Shown here: positions 1 through 11,600 of the stretch, in pieces | Layout: each line of letters starts with the position of its first letter | Numbering within the stretch: the first letter of the stretch is position 1 | Origin: Caecitellus pseudoparvulus | Taxonomy: Eukaryota; Protista; Bigyra: Bicosoecida | Length of the DNA: 64,000 bases | Assembly: GCA_965644315.1 (NCBI GenBank) | Contig: CBFFRQ010000065.1 | Location: 359,439 to 423,438 of the forward strand | Direction: 5' to 3' | Notes under the pieces: model-generated | What the model was told of the DNA's origin: nothing | Database searches by the model: none | What the model saw: only the letters and a program-made list of their open reading frames with translations | Translations under genes and position numbers: made by a program

Positions 1-96
1 AAGGAGTTAAATTGCCGTGGTGTACAGAGTGTTCAGCTCTTGCTCGTGGTCCGATCGCCAGCACAGGCACTCTGCAGCAGACGCCAGCGCCTCAGC

Positions 97-582
97 ATGG
101 CAAGCGGCACGGGCGCCTTCGGAGGCATCCACCCTTGGTGAGCGGCGTCGAGCACTGCCTTGGCGTTGCCACTGCATCTGTGCGCACAATTGGAGCGCCC
201 TGATCCCCCCTCGCAGCCGCAAGTTCTACGTTGGGTTCGCAGAGTGCATCGTGAGTGTTTGGAGGAAGCCAATTCCGCACGGCCGCCTCCCACACGCCTT
301 CATGCCGTCTTCCCCCGTGCACAGGGCTCTGCCAAGCTGCCCCAACTGTGCCAGCTGCACCGTGAAGACTACTTGGAGTGCATGCATGGCAACAAGAAGG
401 TGAGGTGGTTGCCTTGCCCACTGGGGTGCTGTCCTGTGCCTCGCACCGTGCACGCTGGCTCCCGCCCCCTGCAGAGAATACAAATGATGCACCTGTACGA
501 GAACAAGGTGAACCAGGTGAAGGCAGCGAAGGCAGGCAGCTCTGGTGTGAAGGCCCCCCCTGCAGGTGGCGGGGGCCACTGA
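97..582 (+). CDS. NDUFS5: NADH dehydrogenase (complex I) iron-sulfur protein 5 / 15 kDa subunit
   Basis: Exons 97-137, 217-250, 325-399, 475-582 joined by GT-AG introns give MASGTGAFGGIHPCRKFYVGFAECI...LCQLHREDYLECMHGNKK. This is a twin CX9C pattern with the REDYLECxH motif typical of NDUFS5. Confidence 0.88.
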
Positions 583-595
583 ATGCATTGCAGCC

Positions 596-1958
596 TCACT
601 TGCGTCGGGAGCGGCTGCCGCTCTTGCTGCTCAGCATGCTGTCCAGTGCATCGCCACCGCCAAGGCGAGAGGCCGCCGCCGCCACAGCGCTCTGCCGTGG
701 CTTCCACTGCTCCAGCTGCACCAGGATGTCAGCAAACTCCGGCCTGGCAGCGCTGTCCTGCGCCCAGCACGCCTGCATCAGCTCAATGAGCTCGCCCACT
801 GGCTCGGCGTCCAGACCGAAGACAGTGGTGTCAGGGCGCCCACCCTTGGTGACGTGGTTCACGATGTCCGTCGCCTTCCAGCCGTTGAAAGGTACCCTGC
901 GGCACAGCGTCTCCCACAGCAGGCAGCCAAAGGCGTACACGTCCACCTTCCGGCTGAAGGGTTGCGCCTGTGGAGTTGAGGGGGGGGTGAAAGGGGGTGC
1001 GCACGCCGCCACACGCCGCTGGCCCGGTGCTCGCACCTGCATGAGCTCAGGAGCCAAGTACTGCGGCGTGCCCGCCGTGCCGTACTTGGTGGTGACGAGG
1101 CCAAAGTCGCACAGCTTCACGGCCCACTTGGCGTCAATGAGCAGGTTGTGCGACTTCAGATCGCGGTGCACGATGGGCGGCGACCGCGAGTGCAGAAAGG
1201 CCATGCCCCGGGCCACATCCGTCTGCAAGGGTTAAGGGGGGGCGTGCCCGGGGACGGGCCCGGGCTGCGGGCTGGGTGAAACGCACCAGCAGGGGCACCC
1301 GCTGCCCGTACGACAGCTTCGTGCTCGTGTTGTGCAGGAGGTTGAACAGTGACCCCCGAGCACACAGCTCCATGATGATGAACATCTTAGGTGGCTTGGT
1401 GCACGCGCCCAAGAACTCCACAATGTTGGGGTGGCTCAAGCTCCTGCGCAGGCAGGGACGCTGCAGCTTGCCAGGCGTCTGTCGCGACGGCAGTTGCGCT
1501 GAGCTCACCGCATGACGTGCAACTCGTCCATGAACTCAGTCTTCAGGGCATCGTCCACAGAGGGGTCGAACTGCGCAGAGGTTTGCGTGGTGGGGGGTTC
1601 CGTGACCCGTGCCTGTCTGCCCGAGTGCTGTGCTTCGCCTCACGAGTGTCTTCAGCGCCACCTTGCGACCTTTCCACTGCCCCTCGTACACGATGGCGAA
1701 GCCGCCACCACCGAGCTTCTTGCCCAACTTCACGTCTCCAAAGGCCACGTCCTCCCACTCCTGAGCCTCGGCGTGCCCTCCGGAGCTCTGGGAGGTGAAC
1801 GTGGGGCCGGAGCCGCCTGATGAAGCGGCGGCCGCTGCAGTCGACGGCGTGGCTTGTGCCGGCGCCGGCGCAGGGGAAGCGCTGTGAGGCCCTTCATCGT
1901 CCGAAACCTCCTCGAAATCATCGTCGTACTCCTCGGACTCGTCCAGCTTGCTCGACAT
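596..1958 (-). CDS. Tyrosine-kinase-like (TKL) Ser/Thr protein kinase
   Basis: Spliced; introns include 1571-1643, 1444-1508, ~1224-1286 and 968-1036. Motifs: LGGGGFAIVYEG, VALK, HPNIV, HRDLKSHN, DFG, GTPQYLAPE, DVYAFG, CW...RP. Confidence 0.93.
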
Positions 1959-2613
1959 GGTCGTATCGGCGGTGAAGGCGGCTGCACCCGTTTCAGCTGC
2001 GGAATCTGGACAGCAGCAATCCGTCGTCTGGCGCGCTGTGCGGAGCGAAAGTGCCGCGGCTGTGATAGCAAGTACAGCAGGTACTCTATCAATGCACTTT
2101 AGGGATACGTTGGAGCTGCAGGTTTGCCCAAGCGTCCTGGTTTGTGGCGCGGCAGGGCCGCCCCAACCTCTGGCCCGGTGCCCAGGGCAACGTCCGTTTC
2201 GGAGCTGGCACGCGTGCGTGGATACAGACACCCCCCTGCGCACACAGACACGCTCCATACCGCCAAACATGCCTTCGTGCAAAGCAATTCACACACTAAC
2301 ATCGTCGGGAACCTCTGCGAGCATCGCTGAGGCCCGCCGACCAAGCGCAAGTGCTGCCACAACACCGGCACACTGACAGCAGCACTACAAGTCTGCCAGG
2401 CGGTGAGGAGAGGTGGCACCGTCGCTGCTTCCGACGTGAACACGTGCACTGACTTGCCCCGGCTGGTACCCGTAAGTACGCAATGCTTTGCTGGGCCCCA
2501 GTCGCTGGTGGGGGGGTTGGCGTGGTGGCGCAGAGAGGGCTGCACATTCCCCCGCTTTCTGCGCAGGCCCAGCAGCGTGGAGGCGGGAAGAAGCAGAGGA
2601 AATCACTTGCAAC

Positions 2614-5600
2614 ATGGCGGGCGAAGCTACTCGTGAAGATCTGCTGAGCGAGGTGGCGGCGGCCGGCATGGAGGTGATGGATGGCGGGCCAGGCGTGGCC
2701 AGTAGCATTGTCCGCCTCGGCAGCTACGTTCGCATTGCCTGCGCGGGGCAGGCAACGCCAGAAACAGTCAAGCACCTGCTCGAAGACACGCTGCCTGTAA
2801 CTGTCGGTCACCTCACTACCAAGGAGCTACCGGCGCCAGTTGCAGAGGAGCTGGTGCAGAGCGTGGCGTCACTGCTGGTGGAAGCTGCCCAACTTGCCAC
2901 AAGAGTCCTGACCGGCCGACTTGGCAGTGGGTCACTTGAGGATAAGGCGGCCGCGCTGCAGCTGCTGAACGACGCCATGAACCCGCATAGCTTGTTCTTC
3001 AAGCAGCAAGGTTTCTCCCCCGACGACGCAGCAGCGATTGCCAAGGCAAGCTCCGAAGGTGGAGGGGGCGGTGCCGCTGGTGGTGGCAACTCAACGCAGG
3101 AGCTGTGGCGCAAGGAGCTGAACTTCGGGTCAGAAGTGGACTGTGTGTTGCTGTCAAACAGCGTTCGCTCTTGGGTGCGAGGCACTGTGATCATGAACGA
3201 CTCAGGGTCGCTGCTGATCCAGATCCCCTCGCACGGCCGGGAAGTGACCATCTCCAGCACATCTGCCGACTTGGCGCCTGTGGGGACGCACACGACGGCT
3301 GGCTCGTCTAGCACCCCGGCGACGGCAGATGCTTCTGACGTGAACGCGGTGGGCAGGGAAGTGCTCATGGGGCTCAAGCTCGGAGACCGCTTCGATTTCC
3401 GCCACTCTGTCAACGGGTGGCTGAACACCACCGTCGTGGACATTGAGGACATCCAGGGGCAGAAACGCCTCAAGTTTGGCTACCGTGTGTACCACCGCTT
3501 GGGCTCCAAGAAGGACGTGCTGGGGAGCTATGACGGCGACAGCAGCACACACGACCAGATCCTCATGCAGGACCCCAAGTACGCGCACCTTTGCGCGCCC
3601 TTCAACACGGAGAGCGTGAAGGCCAAGTCGTCCTTCGTGCCCATGGGCATCATCGATGACGAGGGTGATCCCGACTCGGGATTCCACATCCAGGAAACCA
3701 CTCGAACGCTCGCAAAGTGGGGCTCACCGACCCTGCTTTCGATGCCGCTGCACGTACGGGCAGGCGGGGCCACCGGTGTCCCCAGCGCTGCGGACATGGG
3801 AGCAGCTGATGCGAACTTGCGAGCTGTCGGAATCGCCCTGGGCGCTGTGCCCCTGGAGCCAGCCCTGCCAGGGGCTGCCGGCGTGGAGCGGCGACTCTCC
3901 CTCCAAAGCCAAGCTGTGAAGCTGCTCTGTGCCCGGGCTCTGTCAGTTTGTGATGCTGTGGACGCGTCGCCGTCCTCCCGTGTGTATGCCTTGTACCGAG
4001 GCCCCTCGCAAGGCACTTCCCCGCTGTACGCTGAGTGCGTCACGGCGTTTGGCCGGTGCGGCGGCTTTGCTGCACTGCTGGCCGTGCTGCAGGAGGAGCC
4101 CGAGACCCTGTGCCCCAAGGCGCTGAAGTGCCTTGTGGAGGTGGTGGGCAACATGTGGGCGGAGCTCAACGTGCACTTCGGCGCTGCCTGGCTGCCCGCC
4201 TTCGCCGTGTGCCTGAGGCCCCACGCCATGCACTTCGACGATAAGCAGGACACCAAGACGCCAGGTCTCCTGAACGTCATGAAGCACTTGAAGAAGCTGC
4301 TGTACCGGCAAGGCCCCGACAGCACCGTCGGCGGCGTTCGTGACGCGTTCCTGCTCAGTGTCGCAGAGGAGCTGTTTTCCCACACAGTGTTCTCACGGCG
4401 CATGGCGGGGCTGCGCATCATCCTGGCAGCGGCAGACTCCCTCCGCTCCGCAGCTGCGAGCGCGCTGAACAGCACGGCGGGTGCGGCGGCCGTCGCAAGC
4501 GCGGGTGCTTCGGGTGGCAACGACGTGCTGCTGTCTGACGGCACCTCTGTCAAACGGTTCGTCAGGTGGCTCAAGAGCCACGCCATTCTCCCCCGTCTAC
4601 TGGCCCCCGAGACACCCCTGGCGCTGCTGCAGCGCCTGTCCCAGCTCCTGCAGTTCATGGCCCACCCGAACGTCAAGGCGCTGGACGACGCTGGACTGAG
4701 GAGCCTCGTGGATGCCGCTGTGGACCACGGGCAGGCAGGCAGTGACAACGCTGTCATTGCCCTGTGCAAGGCCATCGGCGAGGCCAGTGTGCACTTTGAC
4801 GCGGCGCAGCAGGAGATGGTGATCCAGAGCATTGCCTCCCTGCCCCCCTCCACCCTGGCAACCCACCACATCTCCCTCATCTTCAAAGTGGCCCGGAAAC
4901 GGCGGTGCACCGCTGGCACTGACGCTCTGTGGGCGCTGGCGAGCCAGGCGCTGCAACCCTCTGCAGGCGCCACAGCCACCACGCGCGTGTCTGCTGAAGT
5001 ACAGGCAGAGGCAGAGGAGCGCCTCGTGGCCCTCCTCTCCCTCGCTGCGTACGTTGGGGACCGGGAGCGTTTCTGCGAGCAGTGCCTGACGTCTGTGACG
5101 AAGGGGCAGGCAGTGCCCTTCGCACTTCGCATGATGCGCCTCATCGTCATGTCCTTCCCCCCTCACGACCCGCAGGCCTCAGCACTGGCTGGGGAGCGGG
5201 TCATCTACACGACCTCCTCCCGCAGCTCCGTACTCACTGTGCTGAACAACAAGTACGACCTACTGCGCTGCCTGCTGCTGGACATGGAGGCCTTCGTGGC
5301 GGCAGCCAGGACCCAGGCGGCAGCCGCCACCCCAGATGCCGCCATCGTGTACAACCAAGGTGCTGGTGCCGGTGAGCAGTTCATCCCCGGCATCATTGAC
5401 AGGCTGGACTTCTTGCAGTTCACGCTGTACACGGGCGCTGCACTGGCCCTGACGCCAGACCAGGCGGCCCAGCTGTGGGCGGTGCTCATTTCAGAGGCCC
5501 TGAGCGAAGAGCAAGCAGCAGCGGGCTTGCGGTGGTTCACCCATGCTGCTTCTTGTGAGCGCAGGTACCGCCTGGCCGTGGAGGTCATGAACGTGTACTG

Positions 5601-8600
5601 CAAGCTGCACAGCCTCAGCCCGCCACAGTGGGCGACCCTGTCTGAGCGCACTAGCTCTGTGGTGCTGCCCCTGGAGACGGTGCAAGCCCTGGTGGAGGCG
5701 CAGGTCAAGCCGGCCGTGCAAGGAGATGCCGAGGGGGCGGTGCAGCTGCTGCCGCTGTACGAGTTCTGCGCAGCGGTGTGCGAGCTGCTTCTGCTGCTGA
5801 ACCACCACCACGGCAGCCTGCGCATCGCTGCAGAGGCCGAGAAACGAGCCATCAATGTGACTGGCATGGAACGGCACTCAACCCGAAGCTGGGCCATGGC
5901 TTTCACACGCAACCTGCACAAACGCACGATCAATGCTCGGGACGTGCCCTTCGAATCTTGGGCTGGCCCGGACAGCAACGTCCCCGAGCCGACGCCCATG
6001 ACGCCAGAGGGCACCCTGTGCATCGACGACATCCCCCTGGTCTCGTCAGTGGTGGTTTCGAACATGCAGGGCAGCGAGGAGCTGTGGAACTTACTGCTGG
6101 GCTCGCCCTCCGTGAAGGTCGCCCGCCACGCTATGAACTTGCTGGTGGGCTTCCACATGTGCATGTCCACAGAGCAAGCCGCCCAGCAGCTGCAGTCCCA
6201 GGTGACGAGTGGACAGCGCTCGGTACATGCGACAGCTGGCGCCACCGCCCGTCGATCCCTCGTGGACAGCTGCATCCACCACCTGAAGCATGCAGGCAGC
6301 GACCTGCGAACAGGGCTGCGAACCCTGTCCGTGCTGCACTGCTTGCTGGACTGCTCGGAGGAGGGCGTCACGTTCCCCGACCGCATTGCAGTGGACGCGC
6401 TGCGGCAGAAGACGGCGGTGTCCGACATGCAGTCCACGGTGGACCTGCAACCCCACCTGCGGGCAGAGGCAGGCAAGCGCATCTTGCTGTCCTTCACCTC
6501 TGAGCTGCCAAAGGCGCCAGCTCCCCTGAGCAGCGCCGCTGCAGCGGGTGGCGGCGAGGCGGCTGAGGGCAAAGCGGGAGATGCCAGCTCGTCCACTGCT
6601 CCTGCGGGACTGGACAAGACCTTCAAGCTGTCCATCTCCAACACGCGCACTCTGCGGGAACTGCGAGGGAAGATTGCAGAGTTGGCCGGGCTGCCAACCG
6701 GCGGCATCCGCCTCGTGTACAGCGGGGGCTCCACTTACGAAGCGGCTCGACGGGCTGTGGGTCTGTCCGCTAAGGGCGCAGAGACGCTGCCTCTGTCCAG
6801 CACCACTGCAGACGAGGAGGTGTTGTACGCTGCGCCAGCGCCCCGGTCAGGGCGCGACCTGCCCACCTCGGTGGACTCCCGAACACTCCTGGAGCTGGGG
6901 CTGGGTCAAGGCACCAAGCTGAAGGTGTACCCTCGGCGAGAACGCCCTGGTGAAGACGCCTCAGGTCCCAAGGTCGCCCTGCTGCAGGGCAACCAGCTCT
7001 CCCCTCGCATGCGGGAGGTGTCCAAGGTCTTGTTCCGCAAGTTCGCCCGCATGCAGGACCCTCCGGCGGGGGGGGCGAATGGCTTGTACATGAACATCCA
7101 CGACTTCGCTCGGTATTGGTCAGTGAGCAGCGGGGACGTCACGACGCCCGATAACCCCGAGCTCAGTCTGCAGTTCTCCACGTACTTGAACCAGGCCCTC
7201 ATGCTGTGGGACGAGGCTGCCTGGTCCCGCTGGATCACAGCGTCCTGCCGCATGAAGGAGGCGGTTGTGTGGTCCAACCTGGCCGTCCACGGGTACGGCA
7301 AGGACTTGAAGCATGAGTCCGAGCGTGTGGCTGAGAAAGAGACCTCTGCCGCACGCACGCTCCTGTGGCCTGGTGCGGAAGATGGGGCAGCAGCTCTTCC
7401 TCGCACGCTGCTCTCGTCACAGGCGGCGTACGATGCCATCTTTGACGTCCTCAGCACCGCTGTGGGCGCAGGTTCTGATGAGGGCTTTGGAGGCCTGGTG
7501 GCAGATGCCAGTTGGCGCCTGCTGCAGCGCCTGCCGTCTCACCCCTCCCTGCGCTTCCGCCTGACTGGCCTGGGGCCAGATCGGTTCCCCGACCTGGCTG
7601 CTGCAACCGGGCAAGGGGAGCCTTCCTGGCAAGGGCTGCTGCTGAGCAGTGCTACCACCGCTCCCAGCGAGGGGGCCACACCCCTGCGTTTGACGTACGC
7701 CTTGCAGCTGGTGGAGCCGTACGTGCAGACCAGTGACGAGGGGGATGAGCTCGCTGCAGGAAGCTTGCGTGCTGGGAAGCAGGCGTGGCGCAAGCAGTTC
7801 TTGCTGCAGTCTGGCTTCACCTTTGCGGCAGACGCGTTGCTCGCTGCCGCCCCCACCACGCCTGTGGGCCGGCAGCTGCAGGTGCAGGGCGAGGGGCCGC
7901 GAGCTGTGCGACCTGTGGGCAGCTGCCTCTTCTGTGGCGTGGCCTTGGAGAACCTGCGGCGGTCCACTTTGACGAAGATCGTGCGATTCTTCCTCCTGGG
8001 GGCCATGGCTGCGGGGACGCTGCCTCAACTGCAGGCATCGCCGGGGCAGGCAGCGGAGTCCAAGGAGGGCGAGGCTTGGCCGGTGCAGCTGGTGCGTCTG
8101 CGCAGTGACGTCACGGAGGCCCTTACAGTGGACGCCAGCATGGATGTTGGGGCTGCCGCCGCTAGCCTGGCCCAGACGCTGCCAGTGTCCAGCAGCGACG
8201 GCACGGGCGGCCCGGCCGCCCCCCCGGCAAGCGCCCCAGTGGTTTCACACGACGACGACATTGAGACGCCAAACCCAATTCCACTCACCCCTGTGGATGC
8301 CGCCCCCCTGGTGCTGACCAAGCAGCTGTCCACAGAGGTTGGTGGGGACATGCAAGCACTCGTGCTGGACAGAGTGCACTTGCCCGCCCTGTCCTCGGCC
8401 CTGCGCCACATCATCTGGACTGCCGCAGGCGGGCTGGCGCCTGGAATCGTGAACCTGGCAGACTCGGCACAGCTGCTTGAAGCGGCCCTGTCTCTGTGGG
8501 TGGGCGTCATCTCCACCTCAGCGGCCCTCGTGGAAGCCTCTGTCTTCGGCGAAGCGGACACCGCCGGTGGCCCTGATGGCCCCAGCATGGTGAAGAGCGG

Positions 8601-11600
8601 CCTGCTGTGCAAGGGTGTGTACGGTCTGGCGGTGCGAAAGGAGTTCGCGCACGCCCTGGGGGAGATCACCCGGGTGCAGTTCGCTGACGACCCCGCGGGC
8701 GCCCTGCGACAGCGTGTGTTCGACACCCTCCTCGCACTCATGCCGGGGGCAGGCACGTCTGCCGATCCAGAACAAGACACAGGGCACTTTGCCGAGCTGT
8801 TCACAGTGTTGACGAAGACCCTGAGCACCATCCTAGCCACAGGCAAGAGCGGAGACTCGGCCCGCGCCGTGGACATGTTTGACCGGTTTGCAAGCAGTTT
8901 GCTGGCCCACCGGTCTGCCGAGTGGGACCCTGTCGTGCTGCAGGGCGCGAGGTCCCGTGGCAGGGAGGTGCTGGAGCACACGCCGTACCTTGGTGAGTGG
9001 GATGCCGCGGCAGCGGGCGGCCCTGACGCGCTAGCCGCCAAGCTGCACACGGCAGGACAGGACGATGGTGTGCTGTGTGGCCTGCTGGGGCTGCTGACTT
9101 CCCTGGTAAGGGGGAACGCTGCGCTGCAGTCCCGAGCAGTGTCTGCGCACGCTGAAGCGGCCGCCTGTGTGCCCCAGACTGCAGCCAAGCTGGCTGCCGA
9201 CGCGGACGGCTCCAACCTCGTGGAGCTGGTGTTCTACGCTTGCCTCCTGGGCGTGCCCGGGCGGCCCGCTGGCGACTCGCCCCCGCCCAAGGTCAAGTGC
9301 CAGCGCTCTGCCAGCCGCCTGGCGGCGTTGGACTTGCTGGCCGCGCTGTGCGAGGGCCACCTGCAGAACACCGACCGCCTCATGACCGTCTGTCTGCAGC
9401 CGTCCTTCGAAGGCATCCCCGAGTCAGCCAAGGGCTTGAGCGGGCACAACCCCTGCACGGACACGCGCGGCAAGAGCGGGTACGTCGGCATCCGGAACTT
9501 GGGCGCCATCTGCTACATGCTGTCGGTCGTGCAGCAGCTGTTCGGCATGCCGCGCGTGCGGCAGGCCTTCCTGGACATGCCAGTGTCCAAGCCTGGCGAG
9601 GAGGCCGACCCCCTCATGGAGCGGCTGTCCTGGGTGTTCAACACGCTGCACCTGTCCGACAAGGCGTACGTGGACATCAAGTCCATGGTGTCCACGTACA
9701 CGGACCGCAGCGGCGAGGCGGTGGACCCCTCCCAGCAGCAGGACGCCATTGACTTCTTCGACGTGCTGACAGACCACATCGAGCAGCGCCTGGGCGCTGA
9801 CAGCGACCTGGCCAGCACCATCAAGGACGAGACGCAGCTGCGGCAGCTGTACGACATGGTGGGCGAGGTGCCTGCAGCAGCTCTGCCACCCGACGTCGTG
9901 GAGGGACTGCCGGCGGGGCGGGACGGAAAGGTCATCGTCCGCCGCCGCCGCCGCGCAGACCCGCCCGCCTTGTGCACAGGGTGCGACGTGAAGAACCTGA
10001 ACAGCCTCAAAGACAGCCTGAACAAGGCGTGCGAGTGGAGCGACGTGGACTACCGGTGGGACGAGGAGGCGGGGGACGTGGAGGTGCCGGAGGATGCCAA
10101 GATCACCACACGGCAGCGCCTGGTGCTGGACGGCAGCCTGCCGCCCACCCTCATCCTGCAGGCCCGCAGGTTCCAGTTCGACTTCGAGACCATGCAGCCA
10201 GACAAGTTGAACACGCGCTTTGAGTTCCCGCGGAACCTGGACATGCGCCCCTTCACGGTGCACGCGCTGGAGTACGACGGCACAGCGGAGGGCGAAGCGC
10301 CCCCTGCCTGGCACTTCCACTACGAAGTGTCAGGGGTTGTGGTGCACCGCGGCACAGCGACACACGGGCACTACTTCTCCTTCGTGCGTGACCGCCGGCG
10401 TGAGTACCGGGAGGAGCGGGGCCGCATTGTGCCGGTGTCCTTTGATGGGGAGGCGGAGGTGCACGTTCGGCGGGTGCCGCCCAGCGAACAGTGCTGGTAC
10501 CGCGCAGACGACACGAACGTCGTGGAGGTGACCATGAGCGACACGTTCCTGGAAGCGGAGTGCTTCGGCGGTCGCAAGGAGGAGGTGCAAACCACTGACC
10601 TGGGCGCCGCCTTCACGCGGGATGTAGACAACATGTCCAACGCGTACCTGCTCTTCTACTCTCGGGTGCAGCCTGAAGAGGAGGGCGGCTGTGATGTGGA
10701 GCCTCTGGTGGCGGCCTCCCCCACAGCCCAGCTGGCACGCGCTGCCAACCACTCCTTCGCTGTGGAGCGAGCGGTGTTCTCGCCTGAGCTGCTCTCCTTC
10801 GCTGGCTCCCAGATGGTGCGGGGGCTGGGCGAGTTCGGCGACGCCGTTCCAGAGCACTGGTTCCGCCTCGCATTCACCTGGGCCTTCGGTGTCCTGGCAC
10901 CCTCAGCCTCGAACGGCCCCCTGGAGGCCAGTGTCGTGCCGACCTTGGTCAGCTGGCTGGAGAGCAGCTCTCCCGCCCTCGCCGCATCTGGTGCCAAGTG
11001 GGTGCTGGACCAGGTGGCACACCAGCCTGAGATGCACCTGGGGCAACTGCTGCGCTCTCTGGACGGCTCAGTGCGCAACAGTTGCATGGCGGTCCTTTGC
11101 ACCGCTGTGCAAGTGTACGTCGCCAGCGACTTGGCCGCCGGAGATGCTGCCAGCATCGAGGCGGAGGCGGCGGCTCTGACCGCCCTGCGGCAGGGGGGCG
11201 GCCTGGAGGCAGCCAAGGCAGCCCTGGGCCCCGACTGGCGCCCCTGTACCTTCTCTCGCTTTCTCTCGGCGGTGCTGTCCATGATCCCCTCTGCGGGGCA
11301 GGACTGGAGTCGGTTCGAGCAGTTCTTCGGCGTCCTGCGCTGTGCTGCTCTGAAGACGCCAGTGGCCTTCGGGCGCACGCTGCTGGCAGCGCGTGGCGCT
11401 GTGGCTCTGCTCCTGCACTTCTACATGGCCCAGGGCAGCCCCGTGCTGCTGCAGCACTCAGAGGCTGACTTGCAAACCTTCCTCGCGACGCCGCCCGCCC
11501 CAGACGGCGACGTGGTGGTGCACTGGGACATCGCAAGCGGCAACGTCCTGCTGCCCCTCATGGCAGGCTCGCCCCCACCCGCCTTTCCCTACCTGGACGA

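Noticed and set aside
2488-2613. Upstream extension of the USP ORF
   Set aside because: It starts at a non-ATG codon; the first ATG is at 2614.
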